From assembly GCA_036172245.1 (NCBI GenBank), contig JAYWIR010000031.1, positions 1,178,001-1,242,000 of the forward strand: a stretch of DNA of 64,000 nt, written 5' to 3'. Source of the stretch: Raillietiella orientalis (taxonomy: Eukaryota). Below are positions 1 to 12,829 of the stretch, in pieces; within the stretch, counting starts at the first letter, position 1, and each line of letters begins with the position of its first letter. The notes under the pieces were generated by a model. The model made no database searches. It saw only the letters and a program-made list of their open reading frames with translations, and was not told the origin of the DNA. Made by a program: the position numbers and the translations under genes.

Positions 1-799
1 TCCAAGAATGTGTCGTATGTCCCTATCAGACTTTTTTTTTTGCGATGCAAGGTGGGATTTTTTTTTTTATTCCCACGTGGCTTGCTATTTCTAACCACTC
101 TCAAGGCAACTAAATGGAAACGAAGTGATCCACCCTAGATACGTGCTGACGTCCTAAATTTGGATGTGAAATATGCTGGCAGATGGTCGCCCCTTTCCCC
201 GTAACGCAGTTGGACCGCTGCGCATTTGAGATTTCTCGGATTTCAAGATCAGTCTGATGATGCTCGTTAGACTGTAGAAGACGAAAGCAATTAAAGCGAT
301 TCCCTCGAAATGGATGAACTCGAGGATGAAGATCGGCGTTGCAGATTCGGTGGCAAGCCCCACGGAACCTATAGATGGCCGTAGTCAATCGATCTCCGCA
401 TGCTTGATTGAACTTGGCAATGCGAAGACCCCAGCGCCTGTATTCATCCAGCATGGTTGATTGGTGATTTTAAGGAACCTGAATTTCGGGTCCTGCGGCA
501 TCCATAAGAAACACTCCCAAGAAGATATCAAATGTCCGAAGGCATTGGGTACCTTCTTCGGTATTTCTTATGGATGAATGTGCGTGTGCATTATTTTTTT
601 CCTTTTTCATTCCAGACGAATAAATCATAGGGACCAAAGCTGGGATGGGAATTTCCATCAGAACAATGTGGCAGCACTCGTTTGAACCCTAGAAAGAACT
701 TCAAGCACATCATCGATTACATTTTACGTTTCTCAAAGGAAGTAAACTGAAATTGGCGCCGCTGAACGGCATTAGAAATGGGTGCGTAATCGTCGCAAT

Positions 800-2542
800 T
801 TAAGAGGCGTTTTGGGTCACTCTCGCTTGTCTTTGGTGATCTCTCGGGAACACAAAAGCCGACTTTTCCGGCCGTTCCGAACCCGTTGCTGTCGCGTTTC
901 TTCCATCCTCTGCCGCGTATCACAAGGCTTCTCTTAACGTAATAATTACTGGAGTTAATAAGCAACGAGGAATGCCTTCGCTCTCCATTAAAAAAAGACG
1001 GAATGAGGATATGTAAGCTGTTTTGCAAGAAATCCAGGATTCAAATTTCGTTTCCCTCAAAGCATATCTATAATTTTTCTCCGTTCTTCACAAATATTGT
1101 CGTTTGGGATGATTCTTAAAGGATGAAATTATTTCTTCTGGCATTCATGCGAAAAGTGTCTCCAATGTTTCTCTGAGTTTGAGTGATTCTGGAGTCAATG
1201 CTCTCTTCCAGAGTAAGAGAAAGGAAGTAGGCATGACGAGTGGCGAAAGGCGATACTTAACGGCTCCATCATTGATTATTTGAATTCTATGCTTTCAATT
1301 GAGACTGCACCGTTCAGAATAATTCTATTCTATCCCCTCCCTATCCCTAATTCTATCTTTTCCATCCCTCATATTATATCTCCTTACATTGGAAGTAAGT
1401 GCACATTGCAAGGTGCGATTCATTTGAGAAAGAATATGCGATTTCCACATTACGAAGGGCTTCAAAAACATTACGTCATCCCTGCATCATAATTCAGAAG
1501 AGCACCAAAATTTCTTTGGCAACAGATCATCTCAGATAAATAAGAAAGCTGCAAACAGCATGCGCGGTGACATCCATGCAGACAGCCGAAAATCATAAAA
1601 CCGTGCAAGTTGCCATTTTAAAGCATTTATTAGGTGGCAAACAAGGGGGAACAAGGAACGTGGAATTCCCCCCGCCAAATCATTTGGTACATCCAGAATG
1701 GCTTTTTGCAAGTACCTCCCCCTCGAATTCGGTGCTGCGAGATGCTTTCTTGATCAATCGCCGCGGCGCTATCGTTTCCATGGGTATCCCAGATTTGATT
1801 TTGGGATGCTCGACTAGCAGCTCACTAGAGTGAATACGTAACGCAGCCAACCGCAAATAGCAACGGGCGAACACGTGTTTGATTGCATTTGTAAATTGGA
1901 ACTGCCTGCTGATCACGAAAGATTAAGAATCGCACTTGGTCTTCGCGGAAAACGCCGATCCCTGGTGAAAGGCATTCTTCGTCGAAAGGCGTGCGCAGTG
2001 CGTGCGGGTGGTTGCCTTGAACAGATACGCAGGGAGCCGAAACTGCTGTTTATTCCACAGCGCAGAATAAATCAGTTAATTTAGTGGTTGGGCAGCCAAT
2101 CTACGATACAGCGCATGCATAAACAAGGCAAGAGGGCATGCAGATGGTCAAGGATAGTTGGCGCTTCTATAGACCATCGATCAAAGAGAAGCAAGTCCGG
2201 AGGAGAAACGCTCCGCAGTCCCCATCTCTATCCGTTGAGATGATGAGTTTAGAATCTAGAATGCTGCCCAGCCTAACGTGCGCTTCTGCGCAAGTTCGAA
2301 TGTACCCTGGTCCATCCAGCTGCCAACGTACTTCTTTCACTTCCAGCCTTGTGATGCAACACGCTAACTAAAAGAGTTTCCGTGATCTCCATCGGCATGG
2401 GAAAGTGCTCTTCCGCCTTTTCGCCCTTAAGAATACGTGAAGAGACGACTGAAGGGATGTGGAACTTGCAGGTCCATTGCAATGATAATAAGGATGCTAG
2501 TGCAGCGTAGCGCCCAGATGAGAAGAAAAAAATCGAAGCCAT
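800..2542 (-). CDS. Possible multi-exon gene for a small secreted protein; internal exon structure ambiguous
   Basis: Hydrophobic start MASIFFFSSGRYAALASLLSLQW (ATG 2542). Candidate internal exons near 2.43-2.37 kb, 2.05-1.93 kb and 1.83-1.71 kb (IWDTHGNDSAAAIDQESISQHRIRGG|GTAC). Phase-1 terminal exon 909-800 (EDGRNATATGSERPEKSAFVFPRDHQRQARVTQNAS*). One junction could not be phased cleanly. Confidence 0.33.
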
Positions 2543-3244
2543 GAAGTACAGCCCAAAAGTGAACTCAGAGCGGCGGGAGTTTACGAAAACGGAGCGCAAA
2601 CGCGCAAATCCATCGACCTTGATGGTGACAACCCGCCCTCTGCAACGGTCGGTTCTAGAATGAAAGCATGTTCCATCACAGTTCTATTTCAATTCCTTCT
2701 GTCATAATTCCGCACATCTGAATCACAAATCTCTTCTTTCCGACTCATCCCGTCCTCACACTTAGCGCACGAAATGGAAAGCAGAACGCCAAAAAACGGA
2801 TAAATGACCGTTAGGAAAAAAAAGAAAAACTCAGGTTAAGAAGGAGAATTTGCTCCTCTCGATGGAAAATTCGTACAGCACTCTTCCTCCTCTGCTCATG
2901 CGATTACCCAAAACTGCTGCAAGAGGACCTCAGTTTCCAGAGTGAAAGCTCGAGTGCTTGGTCAGTACTGCCTCCTCCTTGGCTCCTCCGAGGTTTTAAA
3001 TTATTGGCTGTGAAGTCGGCACGGAGACGAAATGCCGACACAAGGCTACTGGTCAAAAAACTTCAGCTGGCTAGAAAATCGTGCCAAGAAACCCGTACAT
3101 GGCAAAAAAAGGTAGTCCTTTGAAAAAAAAAAAACTAGTGGTCTCGAAAAGCAGCTTCAGGAAACGTACAAAGCATTCCCTGACTTTTCGGAAAAACCCT
3201 GCGAAGGTTACTTTTACGTGCCCTCAAGGAGACAACAGTAATCT

Positions 3245-3270
3245 TGACCAGCAGTGATCACTGCTGGTCA
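3245..3270. repeat. 26-bp perfect palindrome
   Basis: TGACCAGCAGTGA-TCACTGCTGGTCA is its own reverse complement. Confidence 0.9.
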
Positions 3271-3535
3271 CCCTTACATACGTTGACCGGCGATTACCGA
3301 CGTACCCAGACACATGTTTGGGTTTTTATGAAACACTGCCGAAATGCGTTTCTCTCCGGGAAGAACGCAGATGGAATTTTCCACATGACTAATATCCGGA
3401 CAATTCAGAGTCATTGAACATGGTCAGCAAGACTCTGACCTTGATCCAGGAATTTTATTTAAATAAGTTCAGAAGAGAATCGATAGCCGCTAAACCCATA
3501 AGAGAAACTTTTTGCTCCTTCCCTGTTGCAGAACA

Positions 3536-4431
3536 ATGATGTTTGCCCGAACTGTAGATGCGTCTCCGCAAATTCTCTTGAAAGTGCTTTGCGTCCTGCT
3601 TTTATTGAACCTTTCGAGTCCCCGGCCGGAGAGCAATGCCATCATATTCGAGGAGAGTGGTGACCAGGACAAGTACGACCAGGGATCGTACCTGGGCGCT
3701 GCTAAGCCGGACTCCCAAATCACAGGCTCCCTGAGCAAGTCTCCCGGAGAAAGTGATGTGGAAAACAAGTCGGATGCTGGAGAGGGTAACGACACGGACA
3801 CTAGATTCTTTTGGGGTAAGTTCGGATTTCGATCGCAGATTTGATTTCTCTTGTTGTGTTTTGCAATGGAAGATCTCAGTCGGCGAGCGCGCGCGCGCGC
3901 GCACTGTGTGTGTGCACTTACTTCAGATTTGCCTCGTGACTTTCGTCTTTCCTGTTTCGTGAATCCACGCTATCACCTTCGTGACACTGAGAGGCTCTGA
4001 GTTTTCTGATCTCACACCAGCGTGATTTTAGAACAGACTCCCAACTGGTACGATAATTTGCTCCCTCCCGCCGAAATGACGAAAAACGTCTCATACGACT
4101 TGTACTCAACCTAACTTCTAACTTGCGGTATGCAATAGTATGTAACGAATTATAATCGCCTTAGAATAGCATGAAAAGGCCGGCGTGTTATGTGCAAGTG
4201 AGGTGAACGATAGCTCACATTTGTATTTTGCATTGGAATGGTTGCTAAAATAAGAAAAAATCTCATTCTTCAGGATATCCAAGCTATTCATACAATTACG
4301 GATCTGGAAGCGGCTACAGTTATCAATACGCAAATGGCTACGGTTACTTCCCACAATATGGCTACTATCGTCCTCAATACCAGCCTTATTATCGTCCCCA
4401 TTACCGGCCCTCTTACCAAAGATGGTGGTGA
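3536..4431 (+). CDS. Secreted Tyr/Gly-rich precursor protein, 'RFFxG' family member A (about 145 aa; exons 3536-3815, 4274-4431)
   Basis: Acceptor ccctgttgcag just before the ATG. Signal-like ILLKVLCVLLLLNL. Acidic spacer ends GNDTDTRFFW-G|gtaag. Acceptor cattcttcag|GA restores the frame: GYPSYSYNYGSGSGYSYQYANGYGYFPQYGYYRPQYQPYYRPHYRPSYQRWW*. AATAAA at 4635-4640. Confidence 0.85.
3886..3916. repeat. (GC)n/(TG)n alternating purine-pyrimidine microsatellite in the intron of member A
   Basis: gcgcgcgcgcgcgcgcgcactgtgtgtgtgcac read directly. Confidence 0.85.
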
Positions 4432-5869
4432 CGCGCATGCAAAGTAGTCTTCATTCCATTTTTTTTGAACATCCAAGCAAGCATTCACTGATTTCTCAGG
4501 TTCTCTGAAAATTAGGCATTCTCCAGCATAAAAGAAATCCACCCACATATGTTTTCATGTCGGGTGGATAATATGCTTTTATCTTTCAAACATAAAGTTC
4601 CTATTGACTATGAGGAACTTGATGACGAAAGAGTAATAAACATGCTGAGAAAGTTGACAGAGTTAGTGGTCAAGGAGTGTATAGGGTAAGGGGTGTGTGC
4701 AGTGTAGTGGGGACGGTTTTTAGTGGGTAGGATAAGGAGCCATTTGAGATGCATTGGATGAGAAACATTCCATAGTTGGTCACATTTGGTCTATCCCACG
4801 TGTCGGGATACTATGAGTTGATGCGCAGAGTTCCTGGAATTCGTAAAGAATAAAACAAAGCATTGTCAGTCGTCGATGCCAACTGTCACTTGCAAGTCCA
4901 GAATTGCAAAATCTGCTGGCTGATATCACCAGATGGTAATTTCCACAACGGGGCTGTTTTTGCGTCAAGAAGAAGAACGGAGGTCCTCTTCATTTAGGAG
5001 CTCATTTTCTGTGATTCAAAATGCATACGTTACGAGTGCTACCTAAACTGAAAGACGCTGAGAGCTCTGGAGCCACCATTCCAATCTGATTCCAAACTCT
5101 GCTTCCAGAATAGCTAGCAAGCTAGTTAAAAAATTGTGTCGCTCTAGCGAAAGAAAGGAATGTGGAAGATCACTGGAGTGGGAAGAAAACAGAAAACGGG
5201 AATGATCTTCATCCCCGTTTTCTGTTTTTTGTTTTCAAAATCCAAATCATGATCTTCATGATTTAGATTCTGGATCACACTTCTTGGTCGAGTGAGGTGG
5301 GTAGATTTAAAATGTGCTCTATGAAAGACTTCAGAAGAAACAGTAGAGTTGGAATAAAAGTAACGAACCCGTGTGAGCTCTGTTTTGGAGGGTCAGTAAT
5401 CATGAAAGTGATGTAGGATCCTTCTTTGTGAGATAGATGGCGGCCAAGAATTAGGAAGAACGCTGTTTGCCATAATTGCAAATGCTGTCATGAAGCTGAA
5501 TCTGTATCGGTGAACAGCGAACACTTCAACGACACTTGTGCAGTGTCTAAATTAGGTGGCCTTCCAGTGCAAGCCTTAGACTGCCATGCTGAATTTATAA
5601 GGAAGCTCAGATGGATTTCGGCGAGACGCAATGAGTGCAGAGATGGAGTCAAAGAGAACACTGCGTAGCTCGCAACACCCCCATGTGCATTTTTTTTTTG
5701 TGTGTGTGTTTGACTCCTCATGACCTGTAATAGATAATTGGAAGTTTTTCGAGTGCAGAGGTCAAACTGAGAATGAATGATGTCCAGTAATGTACTGATA
5801 TATACAATGCATCACTGTTACCCAAACAGCTCGGGCTCCCTCTCCATTCGATTATTTCTTCCTTCACTA

Positions 5870-6900
5870 AAGAAATCGGTGGGTGGGAGCGTCTAGAAGG
5901 GCGATTCTCAGGATGGTCGCCATGGAAGTTGGAATCCGCCAAGGAGTGTGTAACGACTCACATGCCGAAGCAACCGACCCTGAAAATGGATGGCGCTCAG
6001 GCGTCGAGTCTATATCCAACCGCCGGGGCAGAGCCATTCCTGCCTTCCGGGCGCGTTCCGGAGGACTACAGTTTCCTCAGGTTCCGGTGAGTAGGAGGGT
6101 CGCGACGGCGTGCGCAGATGGGTTTGGGCGCGAGCTCGCCTGGAGACGCCGTTGGAGCAGATCTTGGTGGTAGTAGCAAACACTGCAGTGAGATCCTGGA
6201 AGTCTGATGTGGAGAAGGGTTCCATGCGAACAGCCTTTGAGCATGATTCTATCGCCGTTGCTGGACAGAAGACGAAACATTGTCCCATATACTGAACAGA
6301 TGCAAGAAACACTTCCCTCTGTCCATGGCACGCCACAACGCGATTCAGGAAATGATCAGAAAGGCCGCAGTGGATGAAGCGGAATGGACCCTTGTATCCA
6401 GCAGCCAGAGGGTTCCAAGAACCAATTCCTATCTAAAACCGCATCTAGTAATGGAAAAAGGGAACCAGGTGTTAGTGCTGAACGTCTGCTGCCCACACAA
6501 AAATGGAAGAGGCATTCAGCACAGCCAGAAGAAGCAAAGGAGGAAAATACAAGGATGCAGCCCTACAGCTGGGGAGATGAGGAAATCAATGCAAGGTACA
6601 TGCATTCATCGTTGGCTCTCTGGGAGAAAGATGGAATCCAAAAAATGAGGAAGTACTGCAAGATCTAGGAATCCCACAGAAGAAATTGGTGGAAATGAGG
6701 CACCAGATGGTGGCTTCGTGCATCCGGTACTCAAGTAACATCTATGCAGCACACATCGCGCCAAAAATCCGCAACCAGCCGGAGAACCCCAACAGTCTGC
6801 TCTTACCACAAGGAAGCCAGGAAGGAGGAGCGACGAGCGCCCCAAGTGAGCAGTGGAGAAACTGCGAAAAAATGTCCCAAGCCCCCCTGTAACCAGGTAC
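5870..6900 (+). mobile_element. Decayed 3' part of an RLE-type (R2/NeSL/Utopia-like) non-LTR retrotransposon
   Basis: Degenerate CCHC knuckle (RRCWTEDETLSHILNRC), RHNAI, LKPHLV (PD motif decayed), VLVLNVCCP, AFIVGSLG and MRHQMVASCIRYSSNIY. Frameshifts and stops present. Confidence 0.8.
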
Positions 6901-7404
6901 TCAAACAGAGAGGCGAATGTGCTATCACTTCTAATGAACAGATGGTCTTCAGGAAAGAGCGCTGACGTCCACGATGTATTCAGTCCTGAACATTCATTTT
7001 AGACGTTCTGACTGTTTGAACTTCCTGGATAATTTTCGGTAGTTGAAACAATTAATCGCCGAAATTTCTAATGCCGCCTTTCAATACTGTGATACTTTCG
7101 TCATGAAATTTTTCGATGCCAGAAAGATAAAATCACCACAGAAAATCCGTTCCACTGATTTCGCTTTGCATCAAATGCTCTAAAGAATTTTGTTCACAAT
7201 CAGCCATCCTTTACCTCTTAAACAACAGAAGGTCGGGATGTTTGGTAAGTGTTATCATCATTTGCCCTGAAAGTAAGATGCTGCTGAAGAGTGGTCGAGA
7301 TAAGATAGTAGTGTGAGCAGTTTATCTTGGTGATTGGAAGAAAAGGATGAATAAAAAGTTTTGCTTGCTTTCTCCAAGAACACCGCTTTTTTCTTATATC
7401 TCCT

Positions 7405-8265
7405 TCAAAACTGGAAACTGAGGGCCTGAGACGGCACCAAAGTCCTCATTTGGAAAACTCTGTTCGCTTGACTATCCTCTCCTGAAAGCACAACATAGCA
7501 ATCACTAGAATGCTCTTTTTCCATAAGATCGAAAACTTATCTGCAATCGTATCATCACAGCATGGGGCCAATTGGCCACTAACCTCTGAGACTGATAGAC
7601 TGAGCTCCACTTTGAACACTATCTCTTCCTCGAACCTGGTCGAGGTTCCAGGAGAAAGCATACCGGGGACCTAGTCGATTTGAATTAGAATGTGCAGAGA
7701 GCCATTGTGCGCTTGCTGAGTCTTTAATCATAGCGTTCTGCTTTTCCATCCCCAAACTTATCCTTTTATACTTAAGTGTAAAAAGTAAAGTAGACTAAGT
7801 GTTTTCTTATGAGGAAACGGGGAAGAAAAAAATGTACTTTCTCCGAGGAAGAAGCAAGCAGCTTCCAGGATTGGATTCTTGCCAAACTGATGTGCACTTG
7901 TCTATCTCTGAATTTGTTTCCAGTGAGTAATTTAATGAGTAGCTCACAGCGATGGAAAAGGAAACTTGAACGTGTAATGTGCAAAAGACATCAGAGCACT
8001 CCAAGGTGGAGAGATAAAGGTGGGTGAAAACCTATAAAGAAAAAGCCAGTATGGGAGCTTCGGTCCATGGAACCATTCAAGAAGAAGCACAGAAAAAGAG
8101 AAGGCATCGAGATTGTGCCTCACGAAGTAACGAAACAGTTGACAAACTCTCTTTCTGACGTTCTGCGAAGCACACGAGAAAAACCAGTCGACTCACGCTT
8201 TGGAGTCTTCCATCGGGGTAGAAGAACCAAGTAAGTGGCATTGGTATGAGTAGAACCATGCTTAG
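7405..8265 (-). CDS. Three phase-consistent 3' exons (8265-8197, 7670-7584, 7481-7405) of a possible cuticle-protein-like gene; 5' end not found
   Basis: GT-AG junctions, all phase 1, give KHGSTHTNATYLVLLPRWKTPK-R-PRYAFSWNLDQVRGRDSVQSGAQSISLR-G-EDSQANRVFQMRTLVPSQALSFQF*. Partial resemblance to Rebers-Riddiford motifs. Confidence 0.42.
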
Positions 8266-11200
8266 CTGCATCCAATCATGCATGGATGGGGGGAATTCAT
8301 GTTTGAAAATTTATGACGCCTGAGACTTTGCTTCCGCCTGAAGAAAGCACTTCATTGAGTCCAGTGACCATTTCGACCATCTTTTAGGAATCTTTCACGG
8401 GCTGCAGCAAAAAATGCATAAAGTTCGATAATTAAACTCAAGGTCGCTAGGTATGAAATGTTGACGTGACTGACTCCAGTAAAACGACTGAAAAGCTCGG
8501 ATTGCTGCAGATTTACGGATACCCAAGTGGAAATTTCCCAAGATTTAATGAAACCCAGGCGTCCTATTGAGACTCATAAAGGAATCGTTCAGAGGAGTTA
8601 ATTAGCTGTTACAAAGAAGATAAGACTCGGGAGATCTAGGAAGAGCAATGAGGTTTCTCCTGAATTCATAAGCGCCGTGAAATGTTGGGATGCAGGAGTT
8701 GTTTTCTGGCACTAACGAACCAGAGGTGGATCTGTGGACCTGAGATGGAGATTTGCAACGAATTTGCGATGCTTCTTACACAAAGGAAGTGGAAATCGCT
8801 CCTCAGATTTTCGAATCTGTTTTAAAACTTTCGCAGTTCAGAAGTACAGGCGTTGAGACAGTTACCAGAGCAAGGAAAATCAGGTTCCGGGCAGAATCGT
8901 TGGAAAAAGTAAAAAACGAAGCGATGTTTTAGATTAAAGATGCAGGTGAAAAGTTCATTCAACCACCAGCCAAGCCTTAGGCATTGCTAGCGGGTGGCAG
9001 CGCTCATACAAAGTGAAAATGCAGCTCAGAGGCAACCATGGGGAAACTGCAAATCCTTCATCTGTTGCCGGTACGAGAATCTCTTACACGCTCACATGAA
9101 TGAGCACAGCATCTGTGATCCAGTCCAGTTTGCATGTCATTACGCAAAACTGGTTGACAGATGGAAATAGTCAGGCAAGCGAGCAGCCATTTAGAAAAGG
9201 ATACTTGCATTCGTTTTCGCTGTTTTACCTCTAAGAATCAGTGGACTTTGCAAGAACCATTCTTCTTGAATTAGAAACGAAAAGCGGATGTCCCCTAAGT
9301 TTAGCCCACAGAATGGTCACCGCGATTCCGGGAGCACATTAGCGACGAATTCATTTGTCCAAAATGTCCAGCGTGGTGCATTTCGTCTATTAAGGGGTGG
9401 AAATTCCTCGCTGAGAGAGTAATGCATTTAAATCCATCAGTTCCGGGATTTCAGGCATTCCATTCGCCAGGGCAAAAATGGGTGCAAAAATTGAACGATG
9501 ACCTCTCACTTCGGCGAAGCAGGAAACATTCGTTTTGTAATGCACATCGAATCATGTACGTCTGTACATTTACAAAGCAATTTGACATACATTTGCAGAG
9601 GTACAAATTCGCTTTCCCTTTTTCTTTTTCTTTTTTTTTGGGGAGGGGGGAGGGGGGCTTTGGGATTGCTTGCACACCACGGCATACTCGACACGGATCG
9701 AACCCCCCAGCCTGAGGAAACCGCGTAAGTGCAGTCGAAGTGCTCCTGCAGCTTGCCTTGGCAACTCCTACAAAGGATTGCCAGCACTGAATAAGCAGAA
9801 AAGCAAGGCGGTAGGAAAACAGAATGGGATGTCTGTACACGAGAAACAAAAGCATGATGGTAGAAGATCGAACTTTGAAAGCATGAAGCCTATATTATCC
9901 TGAGTTAGAGTCTACTATGCATAGAAACATGCACAGCACGGAAAATTGCGTTCCTTCTGTAACATATGAGCAGATATCTTGGGATGTTTAAGAAAAAAAC
10001 GAGACAGTTTATGAAAGGCACAACAGTGCGAATGCCTTTAGGACGAAGGTCAAGTCCAAACACATGGCACACACGCTTTCACATTAACGTTTCTGAGAGG
10101 CTGCGGATTTGAAAACGGCCCTGGGAAGCCGTTGTAAAGATCAAGTACCGAAACAGACTTTCTCCAGAGTGACAGAATCCAGTTTCAAAGAGCTTCCGGA
10201 AGAGTTTCCAGCACTCTGGGACTTTGCTGCTTCGAGGAACGTGCACTGAAGCACTCCTAATCAATGAGAAGCATCTTGTAGAAGCCAATCTTAGCTACTC
10301 CAGATGTGAATAAATACTGACCCTTACTTGCCATTTGCCGTCTGGATGTGGCTTATTCGATAGTAAAGCCATCTTTGTCATTTACAAAGCCGATGTTGTA
10401 AAATCCACAAGCTAGTAATACAATCAGGTGAAACAACCTGTTGTGACCGCGGAATTCGGAAGCTTGTACATCTTGTCTTCAGTCTTAGCAGGCTTCCACA
10501 TTCGATGCAACTCGGCAGCGCTAATTGCAAAAAATCGGGTATTATTTTTTTATTTCATTTTTTTGTGTCGGGAGCTACCTTGGAATAACACACATCATGA
10601 AACAGTTTTGGCTCATCTTATCTAACAGATTCTTCCTGCTGACACTGAGAGTTTCAGGAAACCGGAGTAACGCCTACATGCTTCATAGGCGTTTCTCATC
10701 TTGTGAGAAGTGGCGAAGGTTCCCAGAATCTCCGATAGCTGGCAGCCGTAGTTGCGGATTTAGTGCTGTCATCTAACGGGGAAGCGGTGACCAACACCAA
10801 ATCCTGCTCTTTGAAGACGAGGAATTCGTCCCTAAAACATCCCGTGATGCAGTTGCAGCATGTTTTTTTTATTTCAGATCGATTTATTCTAACTGATCAT
10901 TTTCGAACTAGAGTAGCATCTGAATTCTCCCAAATTCCAGATAGGAAGAAACTCTCGAAACTGCAAATCCCTTGTGAAAATTTGTTCTCCCCGTAGCTTC
11001 ATCCTAGAAATCACCCTAAGAGGATATCGGATGCTGCAGTGATGAAAGCATTGGAACTTCTAAGTCAATATTATTTGTAGCTGCAAACCGAGTTGCCAAG
11101 ACTTGGCTGAATCTCGAGCCGAAGCTCACAGATGGATCGTGTTGATCTCAAGCCAGCTTTCGTAACACACTCAGATTCTAGTAGTGTCCGAACAGGATTG

Positions 11201-12216
11201 GCTGCATAGACAATTTCTTTATGCACTTCGAGCAGAGTTTTCCTGGCTATTTGTTGCCTGTCCTGTTTGTGTCCTGTTTTGCTTCTAGCTGTCCTTATCT
11301 TAAAGCTACAGAGGATTATTATGCCTCTTTCCACTCATGAGCACTAGGCCGCCAAAGCACCGAAAGAGGAAAAAGAATTGCTGTTCATCGCAGCAAATTT
11401 ATGCCTAATGTAAAAAATGAGTCACCTTCTGCAGTGTCCTTACTGAAATGAAATAATGAAATTAAATACCTGAGCGGGTTCCTGAATCTCATTGGTCATC
11501 GCTGCATAACCTTTAGAATACCTGCTTTGAAAAAGGAACATCATTTGCAAGGAACATAGAATTAATACCTTAAATACGAATGCCTTGAAAGCTTAAATTA
11601 TTAACAGACTTTACGTATTCTGTAAGGGAAATTTACATACATTCCCCAAATCAAAACTTCCAAAGGTATGGGAAAATTGGTTTATAATGATTGGTGTATA
11701 CATTTGACATGAAAACTTCCTTTCATTATATTTAATTTGTACATTTTCAATTATATAAAGTTCAGTTTCATTTAAACGGTGATTCGTCATTCTACGTAAT
11801 TCATAAATTAAGCATTGATAAATTACCTATCGATTAAGTATTTTTATTTGATATCAGATATGAAATGTAACAACTATATATAGGAAAGGTATGATAAACA
11901 CTGTATTTAAACCTACTTAGGCCCACAAAGGAGGATGCTTAACTGGAAAACACGAAGCTGGGCAAACACATGATTACTTGCTGTTTCATAATGAGGGATA
12001 AAAAAGCTCACCGATCGAAAATTACTGGATTTGCTACTATGCCTCTAGGTATTAAAAAGTATCTCCTAGAGAGACGCAACGATGGCTCATTTTTCCTCTT
12101 GAAAGAAAGAAGAAATAGCCGTACACGCTGAGATGTTTGCTGAAGTCATGATGGAGCTAAGAGTGTTGACTTTCGAGGAAAAAAATACATAAGCATGCAG
12201 CAGCATCGCTCCTCCT

Positions 12217-12527
12217 TCACGTCATCTGGAACCGGGAATTCCTTGCTTTGTATAGAAGGGATCTGGTGACATGCCCCGGAACGCGATCTCGGTGACAAGT
12301 CAGAAACACATTATTCACGACCTCTGCTTCGATTTCAAGGTTGGATCCCGGGAGGTCCAGCATCACCACCCGCGCAAAATTCAGTCTACGGAACTTGGCT
12401 GGGAAGACAGAAGGAACCGTTTTCAGCAGCGCGGCGAGGTAATCTTTCGGAGCTATAAAGTTGTCAATGGCAACACGGTTGCAGTTGCATCTGCGCATAA
12501 GGCGTTGCTGCGGTCCGCTGAAACCGC
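12217..12527 (-). CDS. Orphan phase-1 terminal coding exon (about 103 aa), unknown product
   Basis: Strong pyrimidine-rich acceptor tcttccaactcgtctcgtttccgcag, followed by an open, protein-like frame: GFSGPQQRLMRRCNCNRVAIDNFIAPKDYLAALLKTVPSVFPAKFRRLNFARVVMLDLPGSNLEIEAEVV...RFQMT*. Confidence 0.5.
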
Positions 12528-12829
12528 CTGCGGAAACGAGAGACGAGTTGGAAGACAGGAAACGAGAAATTCCATCTTGACAAAGGACCGGGAAAGATTT
12601 TCAAGCTCCAACTTTCAAAAGTTGAAAAAATTAAATTACATCCAATCTTGAAGTTAAACCCGAAGATGCTTTAGAATGGACATGCTACAGGAAGGAGCAA
12701 GCATCTGTGTAGTAGATTGGAGCATTGAGGTACCACTGAGGATGATGCGCATTCGATTTTAAAATAATGAACGTATGATGCTGAGCTGCACACGCGTCTG
12801 TCCAGTGTCCAGAAAGAGAATCAACTTGA

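Noticed and set aside
154..380. Hydrophobic minus-strand exon candidate (PIFILEFIHFEGIALIAFVFYSL)
   Set aside because: No phase-compatible upstream donor was found, so it could not be tied to a gene.
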